DNA of 64,000 bases from Diaphorobacter ruginosibacter (GTDB taxonomy: Bacteria; Pseudomonadota; Gammaproteobacteria; Burkholderiales; Burkholderiaceae_C). The stretch's first letter is position 1; each line of letters starts with the position of its first letter. The DNA lies in the NCBI RefSeq assembly GCF_014395975.1, contig NZ_CP060714.1, forward strand, positions 4,463,686 through 4,527,685, given 5' to 3'. Below, piece after piece: positions 1 through 9,515 of the stretch. A program made the position numbers and the translations under genes. The notes below the pieces were generated by a model. It was not told where the DNA came from. It saw only the letters and a program-made list of their open reading frames with translations, and made no database searches.

Positions 1-1164
1 CGCATCACCCTGATCGAGCGCGCGGAGCGGCCCGCCGCAGGCGCGAGCGGCGGCAACGGCGCGCAGTTGAGCTATTCGTACGTGCAGCCCCTGGCCGATC
101 CGGGCATCTGGAAGATGCTGCCCAAGCTGCTGCTCGAGAAGGATTCGCCACTCAAGTTCAAGCCGCAGATCGATCCCCGGCAATGGTCCTGGGGCCTGCA
201 GTTCCTGGGCGCCTGCAACCGGCAGACATCGCAGGACAGCACCCGCGAACTGTTGTCGCTGGCCGCGCAAAGCCGCATCGCCTTCGAGGCCGCGCTCGAG
301 CGCGAGGGGCTCGCATGCGAGCACCACACTCCCGGCAAGCTGGTGCTGTATGCCACGCAGCAGGGGCTCGATGGCGCAGCGCAGCAGGTGCGGCTGCAGT
401 CCACCCTGGGCGGCGCGGCGCAGCGCATCGTCGATGCGGCCGAGACCGTGCGGCTGGAGCCAGCCCTCGCCGGCTATGCGAGCCGCATCGCCGGCGCCGT
501 CTACACGCCCAGCGAGAGCGCGGCCGACTGCCGCATGCTGTGCGAACAGCTGTCTGCGTTGCTGGCCGCGCGCGGCGCGGAGCTGCACTATGGGGCGCAG
601 GCGCTGGCCTATGACGTGCAGGGTGGCGCCATCCAGTCGCTGCGCACGTCGGCGGGCAGCCAGATCCGAGCCGACCATTTCGTGCTGGCCAGCGGCTGGG
701 AAAGCGCCAGCCAGGCCCATGCGCTGGGCGTGCGCATCCCGGTCTATCCGCTCAAGGGCTACAGCATCACCGTCGATGCCGCGAACACGCTGGCCACGTC
801 ACCACAGGCCGCGCCCAGCGTGAGCGTGACCGACACCGCGCGCAAGGTGGTGTTCGCACGCCTGGGCGATCGCGTGCGCGTGGCCGGCATGGTGGAAATC
901 GTGGGCCGCGACACCCGCGTGGAGCCGGAGCGCATCACCAGCCTCGCGCAATCCACACGCGAGGTGTTTCCGCAATTGCCGCTGCAGGGCGATCTGCGTC
1001 CCTGGACCGGCATGCGCCCCGCCACGCCCCGCGGCTTGCCGATCACGGGACGCCAGCGCGGCGGTCCGCGCAATCTGTGGTTGCAGACAGGCCATGGGGC
1101 ACTGGGGCTGACGCTCGCATTCGGCTCCGCAGCGGAGCTCGCCAGGCAGATCGGCCGGGCCTGA
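1..1164 (+). CDS. dadA: D-amino acid dehydrogenase-like FAD-dependent oxidoreductase, 5' partial (runs off window start)
   Basis: Frame-1 translation from nt 1 (RITLIERAERPAAGASGGNGAQLSYSY...) through IPVYPLKGYSITV...NLWLQTGHGALGLTLAFGSAAELARQI matches the DadA C-terminal two-thirds. Stop at 1162-1164. Confidence 0.7.
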   Translation, partial: RITLIERAERPAAGASGGNGAQLSYSYVQPLADPGIWKMLPKLLLEKDSPLKFKPQIDPRQWSWGLQFLGACNRQTSQDSTRELLSLAAQSRIAFEAALEREGLACEHHTPGKLVLYATQQGLDGAAQQVRLQSTLGGAAQRIVDAAETVRLEPALAGYASRIAGAVYTPSESAADCRMLCEQLSALLAARGAELHYGAQALAYDVQGGAIQSLRTSAGSQIRADHFVLASGWESASQAHALGVRIPVYPLKGYSITVDAANTLATSPQAAPSVSVTDTARKVVFARLGDRVRVAGMVEIVGRDTRVEPERITSLAQSTREVFPQLPLQGDLRPWTGMRPATPRGLPITGRQRGGPRNLWLQTGHGALGLTLAFGSAAELARQIGRA

Positions 1165-1226
1165 ACGGGCCTCGCCATTCCCGTCCGGGTATCCGGCGGG
1201 TGGCCGACGTGTATTCGCGCCGTGGA

Positions 1227-2129
1227 TCACCCCAGCGCGTCGCGCAGCGCCTTGCGCATCTCCTGCGTCATGGCGCGCGCGAGCACCGAGCCCGGACGCT
1301 GCGCAAGGTGCAGTGCATTGATTCCCACGGTGATGTGCGGCAGCAGCGGCACGACATGCACCTTGTCGAGGTTCGCCGCCAGGGCGGTGCAGCTGTCCAC
1401 GATGGCCGCGCCCAGTCCGTACTCGGCCATCGACAACGCCGCATGGTAGGTCTGCACCGTGACCACCGGCGACAGCCCCACGCCATGCTCGCGGCAGGCC
1501 TGGTGGATGCGGATGCCGAGCGGATCCTTGCCGTCGAGCGCCACCAGGGGCAGGTCGGCGAGGTCGGCCAGCTCCATGCCCTCGGCACGTATGCGAGACG
1601 GCGGCAACAGACCCTTGGGCAGGATGCAGCGCATGTCCACCTCGGCCAGCGATTCATGCTCCAGCGCGGGCTGGCGCACGGAGCTGATGACGAAGCCCAC
1701 ATCGGCCTCCTGCAGCAGCAGCGCCGTCACCACCTGCGGCGTGTGCAGCGCCTGCACATTCACCTGGACCTGCGGGTACTTGCGGCGGAATCCCGCCACC
1801 GCGCGCGGCAGCACCTCATGGCTGAGCGCGAACACGGTCAGCACGTTCAGGCGGTCGTTGACCTGCCCGTGCCGCAGGTTGGCGGCAAGGCGCTGCACCT
1901 CGTCCAGCTGCTCGAACAGCTTCTCGATGTGGGGAAACAACGCCAGCGCCTCGTTTGTCGGCGTGAGGCGCCCGCGTGCGCGCTGGAACAGCGCAAAGCC
2001 CAGCTGCAGCTCGGCGTGCTGCAGCGTGCGGCTGACCGCCGGCTGCGTCACGTTGATGAGCCGCGCGGCCGCGCTCACGCTGCCGGTCTGCATGACCGCG
2101 TTGAAGACTTCGATGTGCCGCAGGCGCAT
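1227..2129 (-). CDS. LysR-family transcriptional regulator
   Basis: N-terminal HTH MRLRHIEVFNAVMQTGSVSAAARLINVTQPAVSRTLQ plus a LysR substrate-binding domain, 300 aa. Confidence 0.85.
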   Translation of the reverse strand: MRLRHIEVFNAVMQTGSVSAAARLINVTQPAVSRTLQHAELQLGFALFQRARGRLTPTNEALALFPHIEKLFEQLDEVQRLAANLRHGQVNDRLNVLTVFALSHEVLPRAVAGFRRKYPQVQVNVQALHTPQVVTALLLQEADVGFVISSVRQPALEHESLAEVDMRCILPKGLLPPSRIRAEGMELADLADLPLVALDGKDPLGIRIHQACREHGVGLSPVVTVQTYHAALSMAEYGLGAAIVDSCTALAANLDKVHVVPLLPHITVGINALHLAQRPGSVLARAMTQEMRKALRDALG

Positions 2130-2146
2130 GGACTATCGCTGCCGCA

Positions 2147-2716
2147 TCATGCGTTGCCATCCGCCCGCGCCATGCGCTCGCTCTTCCAGTACACGTCATC
2201 TCCGCCATCGACGCGGTTGAGCACGCGTGCCAGCACGAAGAGCAGGTCGGACAGGCGATTCAGGTACTGGCGCGGCGCGGGACGCATGTTCTCCGCCTGC
2301 TGCAGCGCCACCACCGCGCGCTCCGCGCGGCGGGCCACCGTGCGGCATACGTGGGCCTGCGATGCGGCGCGCGTTCCTGCGGGCAGGATGAACTCCTGCA
2401 GGCGCGGCAGCTGCGCGTTGTAGTGGGCGAGCGCATTGTCGAGTTGCAGCAGGCCATCGTCCTTGAGCAGCTCGAAGCCCGGGATCGACAGCTCGCCGCC
2501 CAGGTTGAACAGCTGGTGCTGCACATCGACCAGCAGCTCGCGCACGTCGTCCGGCAGGGCCTCGCACAGCAGCAGGCCGATGTGGGAGTTGAGTTCGTCC
2601 ACGTCGCCCATCGCCTGCGGGCGTCCGCTGCTCTTGGAGACGCGCGTGTTGTCCCCGAGGCCGGTGGTGCCATCGTCACCCGTGCGGGTCGCAATCTGTG
2701 TCAATCGGTTACCCAT
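2147..2716 (-). CDS. PduO-type ATP:cob(I)alamin adenosyltransferase
   Basis: MGNRLTQIATRTGDDGTTGLGDNTRVSKS... is the canonical PduO/MMAB N-terminus, 189 aa. Confidence 0.8.
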   Translation of the reverse strand: MGNRLTQIATRTGDDGTTGLGDNTRVSKSSGRPQAMGDVDELNSHIGLLLCEALPDDVRELLVDVQHQLFNLGGELSIPGFELLKDDGLLQLDNALAHYNAQLPRLQEFILPAGTRAASQAHVCRTVARRAERAVVALQQAENMRPAPRQYLNRLSDLLFVLARVLNRVDGGDDVYWKSERMARADGNA

Positions 2717-2874
2717 GGGCTGTCATCTCCTCAATGTCTACGCAAGTTCTCCATTGTGCTTTACATCCCCGCTCCAAATGAGGAGGCCGGCAACAGCGGG
2801 CAAAAGTACTGGAATCAACGTGCCGCATGCGGTGCAATGCATCCATGTTCAACAGCCTTTTGGAGTCCGTGACC

Positions 2875-3159
2875 ATGCATCAGCCGACGCAACGCCGCAC
2901 CCCGATCACATGGTTCGACGCACGCAGCGTCATGCTGTTCGCCGCCTTGACCATCGGCGGGGCAGCAGTCCAGGCCCAGACCATGCAGACGCAGCCCCAG
3001 CCTGTACGCACAGCACAGAGCAGCGTGTCGCCCACATCAGCAACGACATCGACTTCGACCTCGACCGGCAGCACTGCCCGGCCCGCGGACACCCTGGCCG
3101 AGATGAAGAAACAGCGGCGCATGAACCGCGGCAGCGCCGCCCGCAAGAACGGTCAATGA
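2875..3159 (+). CDS. small putative secreted Ser/Thr-rich protein (hypothetical)
   Basis: GGAG RBS then ATG at 2875. RR-containing signal-like N-terminus (QRRTPITWF...LFAALTIGGAAVQAQT) and a low-complexity TSATTSTSTSTGS tail. A rho-independent terminator follows at 3276-3316. Confidence 0.4.
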   Translation: MHQPTQRRTPITWFDARSVMLFAALTIGGAAVQAQTMQTQPQPVRTAQSSVSPTSATTSTSTSTGSTARPADTLAEMKKQRRMNRGSAARKNGQ

Positions 3160-3275
3160 GCAGGGGGGCCCGGCGCCCCACGAGTTCACGGTACTGACGC
3201 ATTGCCGCACCGGTTTGCTTCCCCTCCGGATCGCAGGTTTCAGGTAGAGATGTTGACCTGCGACTCCGGATAAGA

Positions 3276-3316
3276 CCCGTTCACGCTGTACTCCAGGGCG
3301 TGAACGGGTTTTTTGT
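3276..3316 (+). terminator. rho-independent terminator
   Basis: CCCGTTCACGC-loop-GCGTGAACGGG hairpin followed by TTTTTTGTCTTTTG. Confidence 0.6.
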
Positions 3317-3371
3317 CTTTTGTCGTTGGGCCGCTCACAGGCTGCTGCTTTCCCTAAAATGAGTTCATCGC

Positions 3372-3398
3372 AGAACGCCCTATCGTAGAACGCCCTAT
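3372..3398 (+). promoter_or_regulatory. tandem direct repeat AGAACGCCCTAT x2 (15-bp phase) immediately upstream of the FAD-oxidase RBS
   Basis: cAGAACGCCCTATcgtAGAACGCCCTATtcc, ending 14 nt before ATG 3413. Confidence 0.35.
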
Positions 3399-3412
3399 TC
3401 CAGGAGAGACCC

Positions 3413-4837
3413 ATGAACGCCCCTACCGATGCCGCCCACCTGCTGCCCCAAGTACGGCTGCGTCCCGTGCCGCAGGAATTCCTGCAGGCGCTGGAGGCGC
3501 GATTCGGCGCGCAGTACTCCGCCTCGCAGGCCGTGCGCGAACAGCACGGACGCGACGAAGGCTCGCTGCAGGCGCCCGCGCCTTCGGCCGTGGTGTTCGC
3601 GGAAAGCACGCAGGATGTGGCCGACGCTGTCAGGCTCGCCTCGCAATATGAAGTCCCGGTGATTCCCTATGGCGCGGGCTCGTCGCTCGAAGGCCACCTG
3701 CTGGCGATCCAGGGCGGCATCAGCATCGACGTGAGCCGCATGAACCGCATCCTCTCGGTCAATGCGGACGACCTCACCGTCACCGTGCAGCCCGGCATCA
3801 CGCGCAAGCAGCTCAACGAAGCGATCAAGGACACGGGCCTGTTCTTCCCCATCGATCCGGGCGCGGACGCGAGCATCGGCGGCATGTCGTCAACGCGCGC
3901 CAGCGGCACCAACGCCGTGCGCTACGGCACCATGCGCGAGAACGTGCTCGCGCTCGAGGTGGTCACGGCGAGCGGCGAGGTGATCCGCACCGGCACGCGC
4001 GCCAAGAAGAGCGCGGCAGGCTACGACCTCACGCGCCTGCTCGTGGGCAGCGAAGGCACGCTAGGCATCTTCACCGAAGTGACCGTGCGCCTCTATCCCC
4101 TGCCCGAAGCGGTGAGCGCGGCGATCTGCTCGTTCCCCAGCATCGAGGCCGCCGTGCGCACCGTGATCCAGACCATCCAGCTCGGTGTGCCGATCGCGCG
4201 CGTGGAGCTGATCGACGCCAACTCGGTGCGCATGGTCAACGCACACAGCAAGCTCACTCTGCGCGAGGAGCCGCTGCTGCTGATGGAATTCCACGGGTCG
4301 CCCGCAGGCGTTCAGGAGCAGGCCGAGACCGTGCAGGAACTGGCCAAGGAATGGGGCGGCCAATCCTTCGAATGGGCGACCACGCCCGAGGAGCGCACGC
4401 GCCTCTGGACCGCGCGCCACAACGCCTATTTCGCGGCCGTTCAGTCCCGCCCCGGCTGCCGCGCGATCAGCACCGACACCTGCGTGCCGATCAGCCGGCT
4501 GGCCGACGCCCTGCTCGACTCGGTGAAGGAAGCCGACGACAGCGGCATCCCCTACTTCCTGGTCGGCCACGTGGGCGATGGCAATTTCCACTTCGGCTAT
4601 CTCATCGACCCCAACATCCCCGAGGAACGCGTGAAGGCCGAGGCGCTGAACCACAAGCTCGTGGAACGCACCATTCAGCTCGGCGGCACCTGCACGGGCG
4701 AGCATGGCATCGGTGTGCACAAGATGGGCTTCCTGCTCGAGGAGACGGGCGCGGGCGCGGTGGACATGATGCGCACCATCAAGCAGGCGCTGGACCCCAA
4801 GAACATCCTCAACCCGGGCAAGATCTTCGCGCAGTGA
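3413..4837 (+). CDS. FAD-linked oxidase (D-lactate dehydrogenase / GlcD family)
   Basis: 474 aa with an FAD-binding PCMH-type N-domain (VIPYGAGSSLEGH) and C-terminal oxidase domain. GGAGAG RBS. Confidence 0.8.
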   Translation: MNAPTDAAHLLPQVRLRPVPQEFLQALEARFGAQYSASQAVREQHGRDEGSLQAPAPSAVVFAESTQDVADAVRLASQYEVPVIPYGAGSSLEGHLLAIQGGISIDVSRMNRILSVNADDLTVTVQPGITRKQLNEAIKDTGLFFPIDPGADASIGGMSSTRASGTNAVRYGTMRENVLALEVVTASGEVIRTGTRAKKSAAGYDLTRLLVGSEGTLGIFTEVTVRLYPLPEAVSAAICSFPSIEAAVRTVIQTIQLGVPIARVELIDANSVRMVNAHSKLTLREEPLLLMEFHGSPAGVQEQAETVQELAKEWGGQSFEWATTPEERTRLWTARHNAYFAAVQSRPGCRAISTDTCVPISRLADALLDSVKEADDSGIPYFLVGHVGDGNFHFGYLIDPNIPEERVKAEALNHKLVERTIQLGGTCTGEHGIGVHKMGFLLEETGAGAVDMMRTIKQALDPKNILNPGKIFAQ

Positions 4838-4853
4838 CCGGTCGTGCCCAAGC

Positions 4854-4886
4854 GCCCCGCCCCTCGCCTGGGGGCGGGGCTTTTTT
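4854..4886 (+). terminator. rho-independent terminator
   Basis: GCCCCGCCCC-tcgcct-GGGGGCGGGGC then TTTTTTG. Confidence 0.65.
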
Positions 4887-5001
4887 GCCTTTCAACTTGT
4901 GCTGCTGAAGCACAAGTTCTGTTCCGTCTTGACCTCTAGTCTCAAGTCGTCCGCGCGCCCATCATCACATCCCGCATATGGAACGAACGGGATGAACCCT
5001 C

Positions 5002-6309
5002 ATGAAGCACTTTCCCCACCAGGAAGACAACCACCGCCAACCGGCATACGACAGGCCCATTTCGCCCTCGCGCGCGGCCGGCAACCACCACTGGGTCGCC
5101 AGCTGGAGCGCCAGTCCGCAGCCGGTCTGGGGCAGTGACTTCTACTTTCCCACCAATCTGCCTTCCATGCTGCGCGAGCAGACCGTGCGCCAGGTCGCCC
5201 GCTTGAGCCTTGGCGGCGAACGCGTGCGCATCGTGCTCTCCAACGCGCATGGCACGGCCCCCCTGCACATCGGCCGCGCAAGCATCGCGCGCACTGAGCG
5301 CCTTGGCGGCCACGCGGAAGACACCTCTCCGGAGATGCACTGCGTCACCTTCGGCGGTGAAGTGCAGGCCTCGGTGCTGGCCGGAGCCATGCTGGTCAGC
5401 GACCCGGTGGAGCTGCCCGTCGATTCGCTGTCGCAGCTCACGGTAAGCCTCTACCTGCCCCATCCCACGCCCGTGGAGACCTTCCACTGGGACGGGCGAC
5501 AGACCACCTGGATCGTGCCCGGCGACCAGACCGCCCGCGGCACACTCGATACGGCCGCACCGTCGATGAGCACCACGGCGCGGCCACTGCTCACCGGCAT
5601 CCATGTCGAGCGCGGAAGCAGCGCGCGCACCGTCGTTGCACTCGGTGACTCGATCACCGACGGCGCGACCGCGAGCCTCGACCAGGATACGCGCTGGCCC
5701 GACTTCCTCGCAGAGCGCCTCGCACCGCAGGGAGTCGCGGTCGTCAATGCCGGCATCTCCGGCGCGCGCTTGCTCTCCGACTGCATGGGAGTGAATGCGC
5801 TGGCGCGGCTGCAGCGCGACGTTCTGATGCAACCGGGCGTGGAAGCCGTCGTCGTTGCGATCGGCATCAACGACATCGGCTGGCCAGGCACGGCGTTGGC
5901 ACGACATCAAGCGCCACCGTCTCTTGACGCATTGAAGGCAGGCTACCGGCAGCTGGTCACGCAATTGCACGGCCACGGCGTGCGCGTGATCGGTGCCACG
6001 CTCACACCGTTTGAGGGGGCGATGCAGGGCACGCCGCTGGACGACTATTTTCAGCCGGAAAAGGAAGCGCTGCGCGGCCAGCTCAACGACTGGATCCGCC
6101 ATGGCCATCTGTTCGACGCCGTCGTGGATTTCGATGCCGTGCTGCGCGATCCGCTGCATCCCGCGCGCATGCTTGCGGCGCTGGACAGTGGCGACCATCT
6201 GCATCCTGGCGATGCAGGGTCGCTCGCGATGGCCGAGGCCCTGGATCTCGGAGTGCTGCTGCAGAACAGCCAGGCCTGGCTCAATCCACCTTCGCGCCCG
6301 ACGCCTTGA
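5002..6309 (+). CDS. SGNH/GDSL-family hydrolase
   Basis: VVALGDSITDG (GDS(L) block I) and a C-terminal DHLHP block. 435 aa; the exact start is uncertain. Confidence 0.65.
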   Translation: MKHFPHQEDNHRQPAYDRPISPSRAAGNHHWVASWSASPQPVWGSDFYFPTNLPSMLREQTVRQVARLSLGGERVRIVLSNAHGTAPLHIGRASIARTERLGGHAEDTSPEMHCVTFGGEVQASVLAGAMLVSDPVELPVDSLSQLTVSLYLPHPTPVETFHWDGRQTTWIVPGDQTARGTLDTAAPSMSTTARPLLTGIHVERGSSARTVVALGDSITDGATASLDQDTRWPDFLAERLAPQGVAVVNAGISGARLLSDCMGVNALARLQRDVLMQPGVEAVVVAIGINDIGWPGTALARHQAPPSLDALKAGYRQLVTQLHGHGVRVIGATLTPFEGAMQGTPLDDYFQPEKEALRGQLNDWIRHGHLFDAVVDFDAVLRDPLHPARMLAALDSGDHLHPGDAGSLAMAEALDLGVLLQNSQAWLNPPSRPTP

Positions 6310-7285
6310 CCACCGGCGCCCAGTCGGCCACTTCCTTGCGGATGAAGTCGGTGTATTGCTGGGGCGTGTTGTGCTCCGCCACGGCGCCGAGCTTGAGGTA
6401 GGCCTCCTTCACCTCGGGCTTGTCGAATGCGGCATTCACCACCTTGTTGATCTTCTCGATCACGTCCTTGGGCGTGCCCTTGGGCGCGATCAGGCCGAAC
6501 CAGGAGCTCACGTCGAACGGCGCGACGCCGCTCTCCTCCATCGTCGGTATATCGGGAGCGGAAGGCGAGCGCGTCTTCGTCGTCACCGCCAGCGCGCGCA
6601 GCTTGCCGCCCTGCACCTGGGGCCAGGCGGAAGGCATGTTGTCGAACATGAACTGCACCTGTCCGCCGATGAGGTCCGTGAGCGCGGGTGCGCTGCCCTT
6701 GTAGGGCACGTGCTGCGTCTTCAGCCCCGTGCGCACCTTGAACATCTCGCCCGCCATGTGGATCGAGGTGCCGCTGCCCGAGGACGCATAGGCCGCCTTG
6801 TCATTGTTGGCGCGCGCCCACTCGATGAGCTCCTTCACGTTCTTCGCGGGCACGCTGTTGTTGACCACGAGGATGTTGGGCACCTTCGCGCCCAACACCA
6901 CCGCATCGAAATCACGGTTCAGATCGAACTTGGCGTTCGGATACAGCGTCTGGTTGATCGCGCTGGTCACGGCCACGCACAGCAGCGTGTATCCGTCGGC
7001 GGGTGCCGCCATCACCTGATCGGTGGCAATGTTGCTGCCGCCTCCGGGCTTGTTTTCCACAATGAAGGACTGACCGAGCGCCTGCGTCAGCTCCTTGGCC
7101 AGAATGCGCGCGACCACGTCGGTCGTGCCGCCCGCGGAGAACCCCACGATGATGCGCACCGGCTTGTTCGGATAGTCCGGCGCGGCCTGGGCCGGAACGC
7201 CAAAGCCCAACGCCGTCAACAGGCCGCTTCCCGCGATGACCGCGGCGATGCGGCGGCGACCCAGCCCCCGAGAACTCGAATGCAT
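6281..7285 (-). CDS. Bug-family (TctC-like) periplasmic tripartite tricarboxylate transporter binding protein
   Basis: Signal peptide then PDYPNKPVRIIVGFSAGGTTDVVARILAKEL, the Bug family hallmark. Start chosen at MHSSSRGLGRR. Confidence 0.85.
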   Translation of the reverse strand: MHSSSRGLGRRRIAAVIAGSGLLTALGFGVPAQAAPDYPNKPVRIIVGFSAGGTTDVVARILAKELTQALGQSFIVENKPGGGSNIATDQVMAAPADGYTLLCVAVTSAINQTLYPNAKFDLNRDFDAVVLGAKVPNILVVNNSVPAKNVKELIEWARANNDKAAYASSGSGTSIHMAGEMFKVRTGLKTQHVPYKGSAPALTDLIGGQVQFMFDNMPSAWPQVQGGKLRALAVTTKTRSPSAPDIPTMEESGVAPFDVSSWFGLIAPKGTPKDVIEKINKVVNAAFDKPEVKEAYLKLGAVAEHNTPQQYTDFIRKEVADWAPVVKASGAKVD

Positions 7286-7402
7286 TGCTTGTCTCCTTGC
7301 CTTTGTGTTACTTGCCATTGCTATGGCAGTGCACAAGCACTATAGGGGAGACAAAGCGAATGCCGTTTCGGGTTTTTCCCTGCGCGAGCCGGATGCCCGG
7401 AC

Positions 7403-8692
7403 TTACCTGGCCTTGCCTGCGGAGATATCCTGAATCATCCGTGCCGTCAGGTACAGGCGCGGCACGATGGTATTGATATGCACGTACTCGGCGTTGTTCG
7501 AATGCGCGCCGTAGCCCGACAGGCCGAAGCCTTCGATCACGCCCCCCTTGGCCTTGAGCGCGGCGAAGGCGGCGTCGGTGCCACCGCCCGTGGCCTTGTC
7601 CATGACCTTCATGGGCAGCTGCAGTTCCTTTTCATAGATGCCCTGTGCATGCTTGGCGAATGCGCGGCCCGCGTCGTTGGCCTCGAGCGGAGGGCGGCGC
7701 ACCTCGAACTTGAGGTCGACCTTGGCATCCGGCAGCAGCTTGTTCTTGACCTTCTCGTTCATCGTCTGCTCGAGCGCGGTGAAGTCGGCCACCTTGAGCG
7801 CGCGCGCATCGGCCTGGGCCGTGGCTTCCGCGGGAATCACGTTGCGGTTGGTGCCGGACTTGGAGACGGTCCAGTTGAGCTTCAGGCCGCCCTCGGGCTT
7901 GGAGGACAGGTCCTTCATCTGCAGCAGCTGGTGCGACAGCTCGTACAGCGCATTCACGCCGTCTTCCGGCTTCGCGCCCGCATGCGATGCCTTGCCCGTC
8001 ACCTTCAGGTAGGCCGCACCGATGCCGCTGGTGGCCAGGCGCAGGCTGCCGTCGGTGCCACCGCCCTCGAACGAGAACACGGCATCCTGCTCGGCGCCCA
8101 GGCGCGTGATGGTGCTGCGCGCGGCGGGCGAGCTGATTTCCTCGTCGCTGTTCATCAGCACGGTGAGCGTGCCGTAGTCCTCGTAGCCCATCTTCTTGAG
8201 CAGGTCGACCGCGTGGATGATCAGCGCCACGCCCTGCTTGTCGTCCGAGATGCCGAGGCCATAGGCCTTGTCGCCGTCGATGCGGAACGGCTGGTCCTTG
8301 AGCATGCCCTTCAGGTACACCGTATCCATGTGCGCGATCATCATGATGCGGCTGGTGCCCTTGCCCTTGAACTCCGCATGCACCATGGGGCCGATGTGCT
8401 CGGGCGTGTCATCGAGACGGTAGACGTCGCTGGCCTGCAGGACTTCCACCTTGCCTCCGAGCGCGCGCAGCTTGCCCGCGACGTATTCGGCGATCTGCTT
8501 CGTGCCTTCGATGTCCTTGCTGCCGGACTCGATGTGCACCAGGTCCTTGAGTGTGTCGAGGTAGGGTTGCTGCTGCTTCTGTGCGAGCTCCTGGATGTCG
8601 GCCACGGGTGCGGCGCTCGCGAAGGTGGCGAGGGCGGCGAGCGCAAGCGCGGTCAGGCCATGGCGCGTGATGGAGCGATGGGAAGGGTTCAT
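7403..8692 (-). CDS. M20-family peptidase (glutamate carboxypeptidase CPG2-like)
   Basis: 429 aa with a signal peptide, and HMDTV and GGGTD metal-binding motifs typical of M20/CPG2. Confidence 0.85.
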   Translation of the reverse strand: MNPSHRSITRHGLTALALAALATFASAAPVADIQELAQKQQQPYLDTLKDLVHIESGSKDIEGTKQIAEYVAGKLRALGGKVEVLQASDVYRLDDTPEHIGPMVHAEFKGKGTSRIMMIAHMDTVYLKGMLKDQPFRIDGDKAYGLGISDDKQGVALIIHAVDLLKKMGYEDYGTLTVLMNSDEEISSPAARSTITRLGAEQDAVFSFEGGGTDGSLRLATSGIGAAYLKVTGKASHAGAKPEDGVNALYELSHQLLQMKDLSSKPEGGLKLNWTVSKSGTNRNVIPAEATAQADARALKVADFTALEQTMNEKVKNKLLPDAKVDLKFEVRRPPLEANDAGRAFAKHAQGIYEKELQLPMKVMDKATGGGTDAAFAALKAKGGVIEGFGLSGYGAHSNNAEYVHINTIVPRLYLTARMIQDISAGKAR

Positions 8693-9000
8693 TGGTATCT
8701 CCTTGGGGTGGATCGAGGCCTCGTGGGCCGATGGGAACGCTGCAGGACTCCCGCCGCACCGGCGGTTGGCGGTGCGGGCGATGACTGGAGCGCTGGAGGG
8801 TGTCCCTCACGTGTCGCGACGTTTTCCAACGCCGTCGTCGCGACGGATTTTGGCATGAAGGCCTACGTGCAAGGGCCATGCCAGCCGCTATGCTTTGCCC
8901 TGGTTTTCACCCACTATCCAAAGCATGGACCGATGGGGCGGCGCCTGCATCAGACTGCGCGGCCCATGGCTTCCGGCTTTCAACTTTCCGCTCTATCACC

Positions 9001-9429
9001 GTGCGCCTCTGGTCCCTCCATCCCCGATATCTCGACACCAAGGGCCTTGTGGCACTCTGGCGCGAAGCGTTGCTCGCACAGGCCGTGTTGCGCGGTGAAA
9101 CGCGTGGATACCGCAACCATCCACAGCTTGATCGTTTCAAGGACCTGGAGGATCCCGCCGCTGCGCTGGCACGCTATCTGCACGACGTGCACGCCGAAGC
9201 CACGCTGCGCGGCTATCGCTTCGACGGCAGCAAGATCCATGCGGCCGACGAGGACGCACGCATCACCGTGGCCACGGGGCAGATCGCCTATGAATGGGCC
9301 CATCTGCAGAACAAGCTGAGCACGCGCAGCCCGGCGGATTTCGAACGCAACGCCCGGCTCCAGCAGCCCGAGCTGCATTCGATGTTCATGGCGCAGGAGG
9401 GTCCTGTCGCCACCTGGGAACGCCCCTGA
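9001..9429 (+). CDS. pyrimidine dimer DNA glycosylase / endonuclease V family protein (GTG start)
   Basis: (V)RLWSLHPRYLDTKGLVALWREALLAQAVL matches the Pyr_excise family N-terminus. The ATG-started ORF at 8800 adds an unlikely 67-aa extension, so GTG at 9001 is preferred. Confidence 0.6.
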   Translation: MRLWSLHPRYLDTKGLVALWREALLAQAVLRGETRGYRNHPQLDRFKDLEDPAAALARYLHDVHAEATLRGYRFDGSKIHAADEDARITVATGQIAYEWAHLQNKLSTRSPADFERNARLQQPELHSMFMAQEGPVATWERP

Positions 9430-9515
9430 GCCAACAAAAAGGCCCCGCAGCGGCAGTTGCAGGGCCCGGGCCGTGATCGTCACGTGCGGGTCAAACACGC
9501 ATCAGTCGGTGCGCA

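Noticed and set aside
7478-9319. 613-aa plus-strand ORF
   Set aside because: It is antisense to the M20 peptidase gene and runs into the Pyr_excise-like gene region. It has no motifs and an Arg/Ala/Gly-rich composition.
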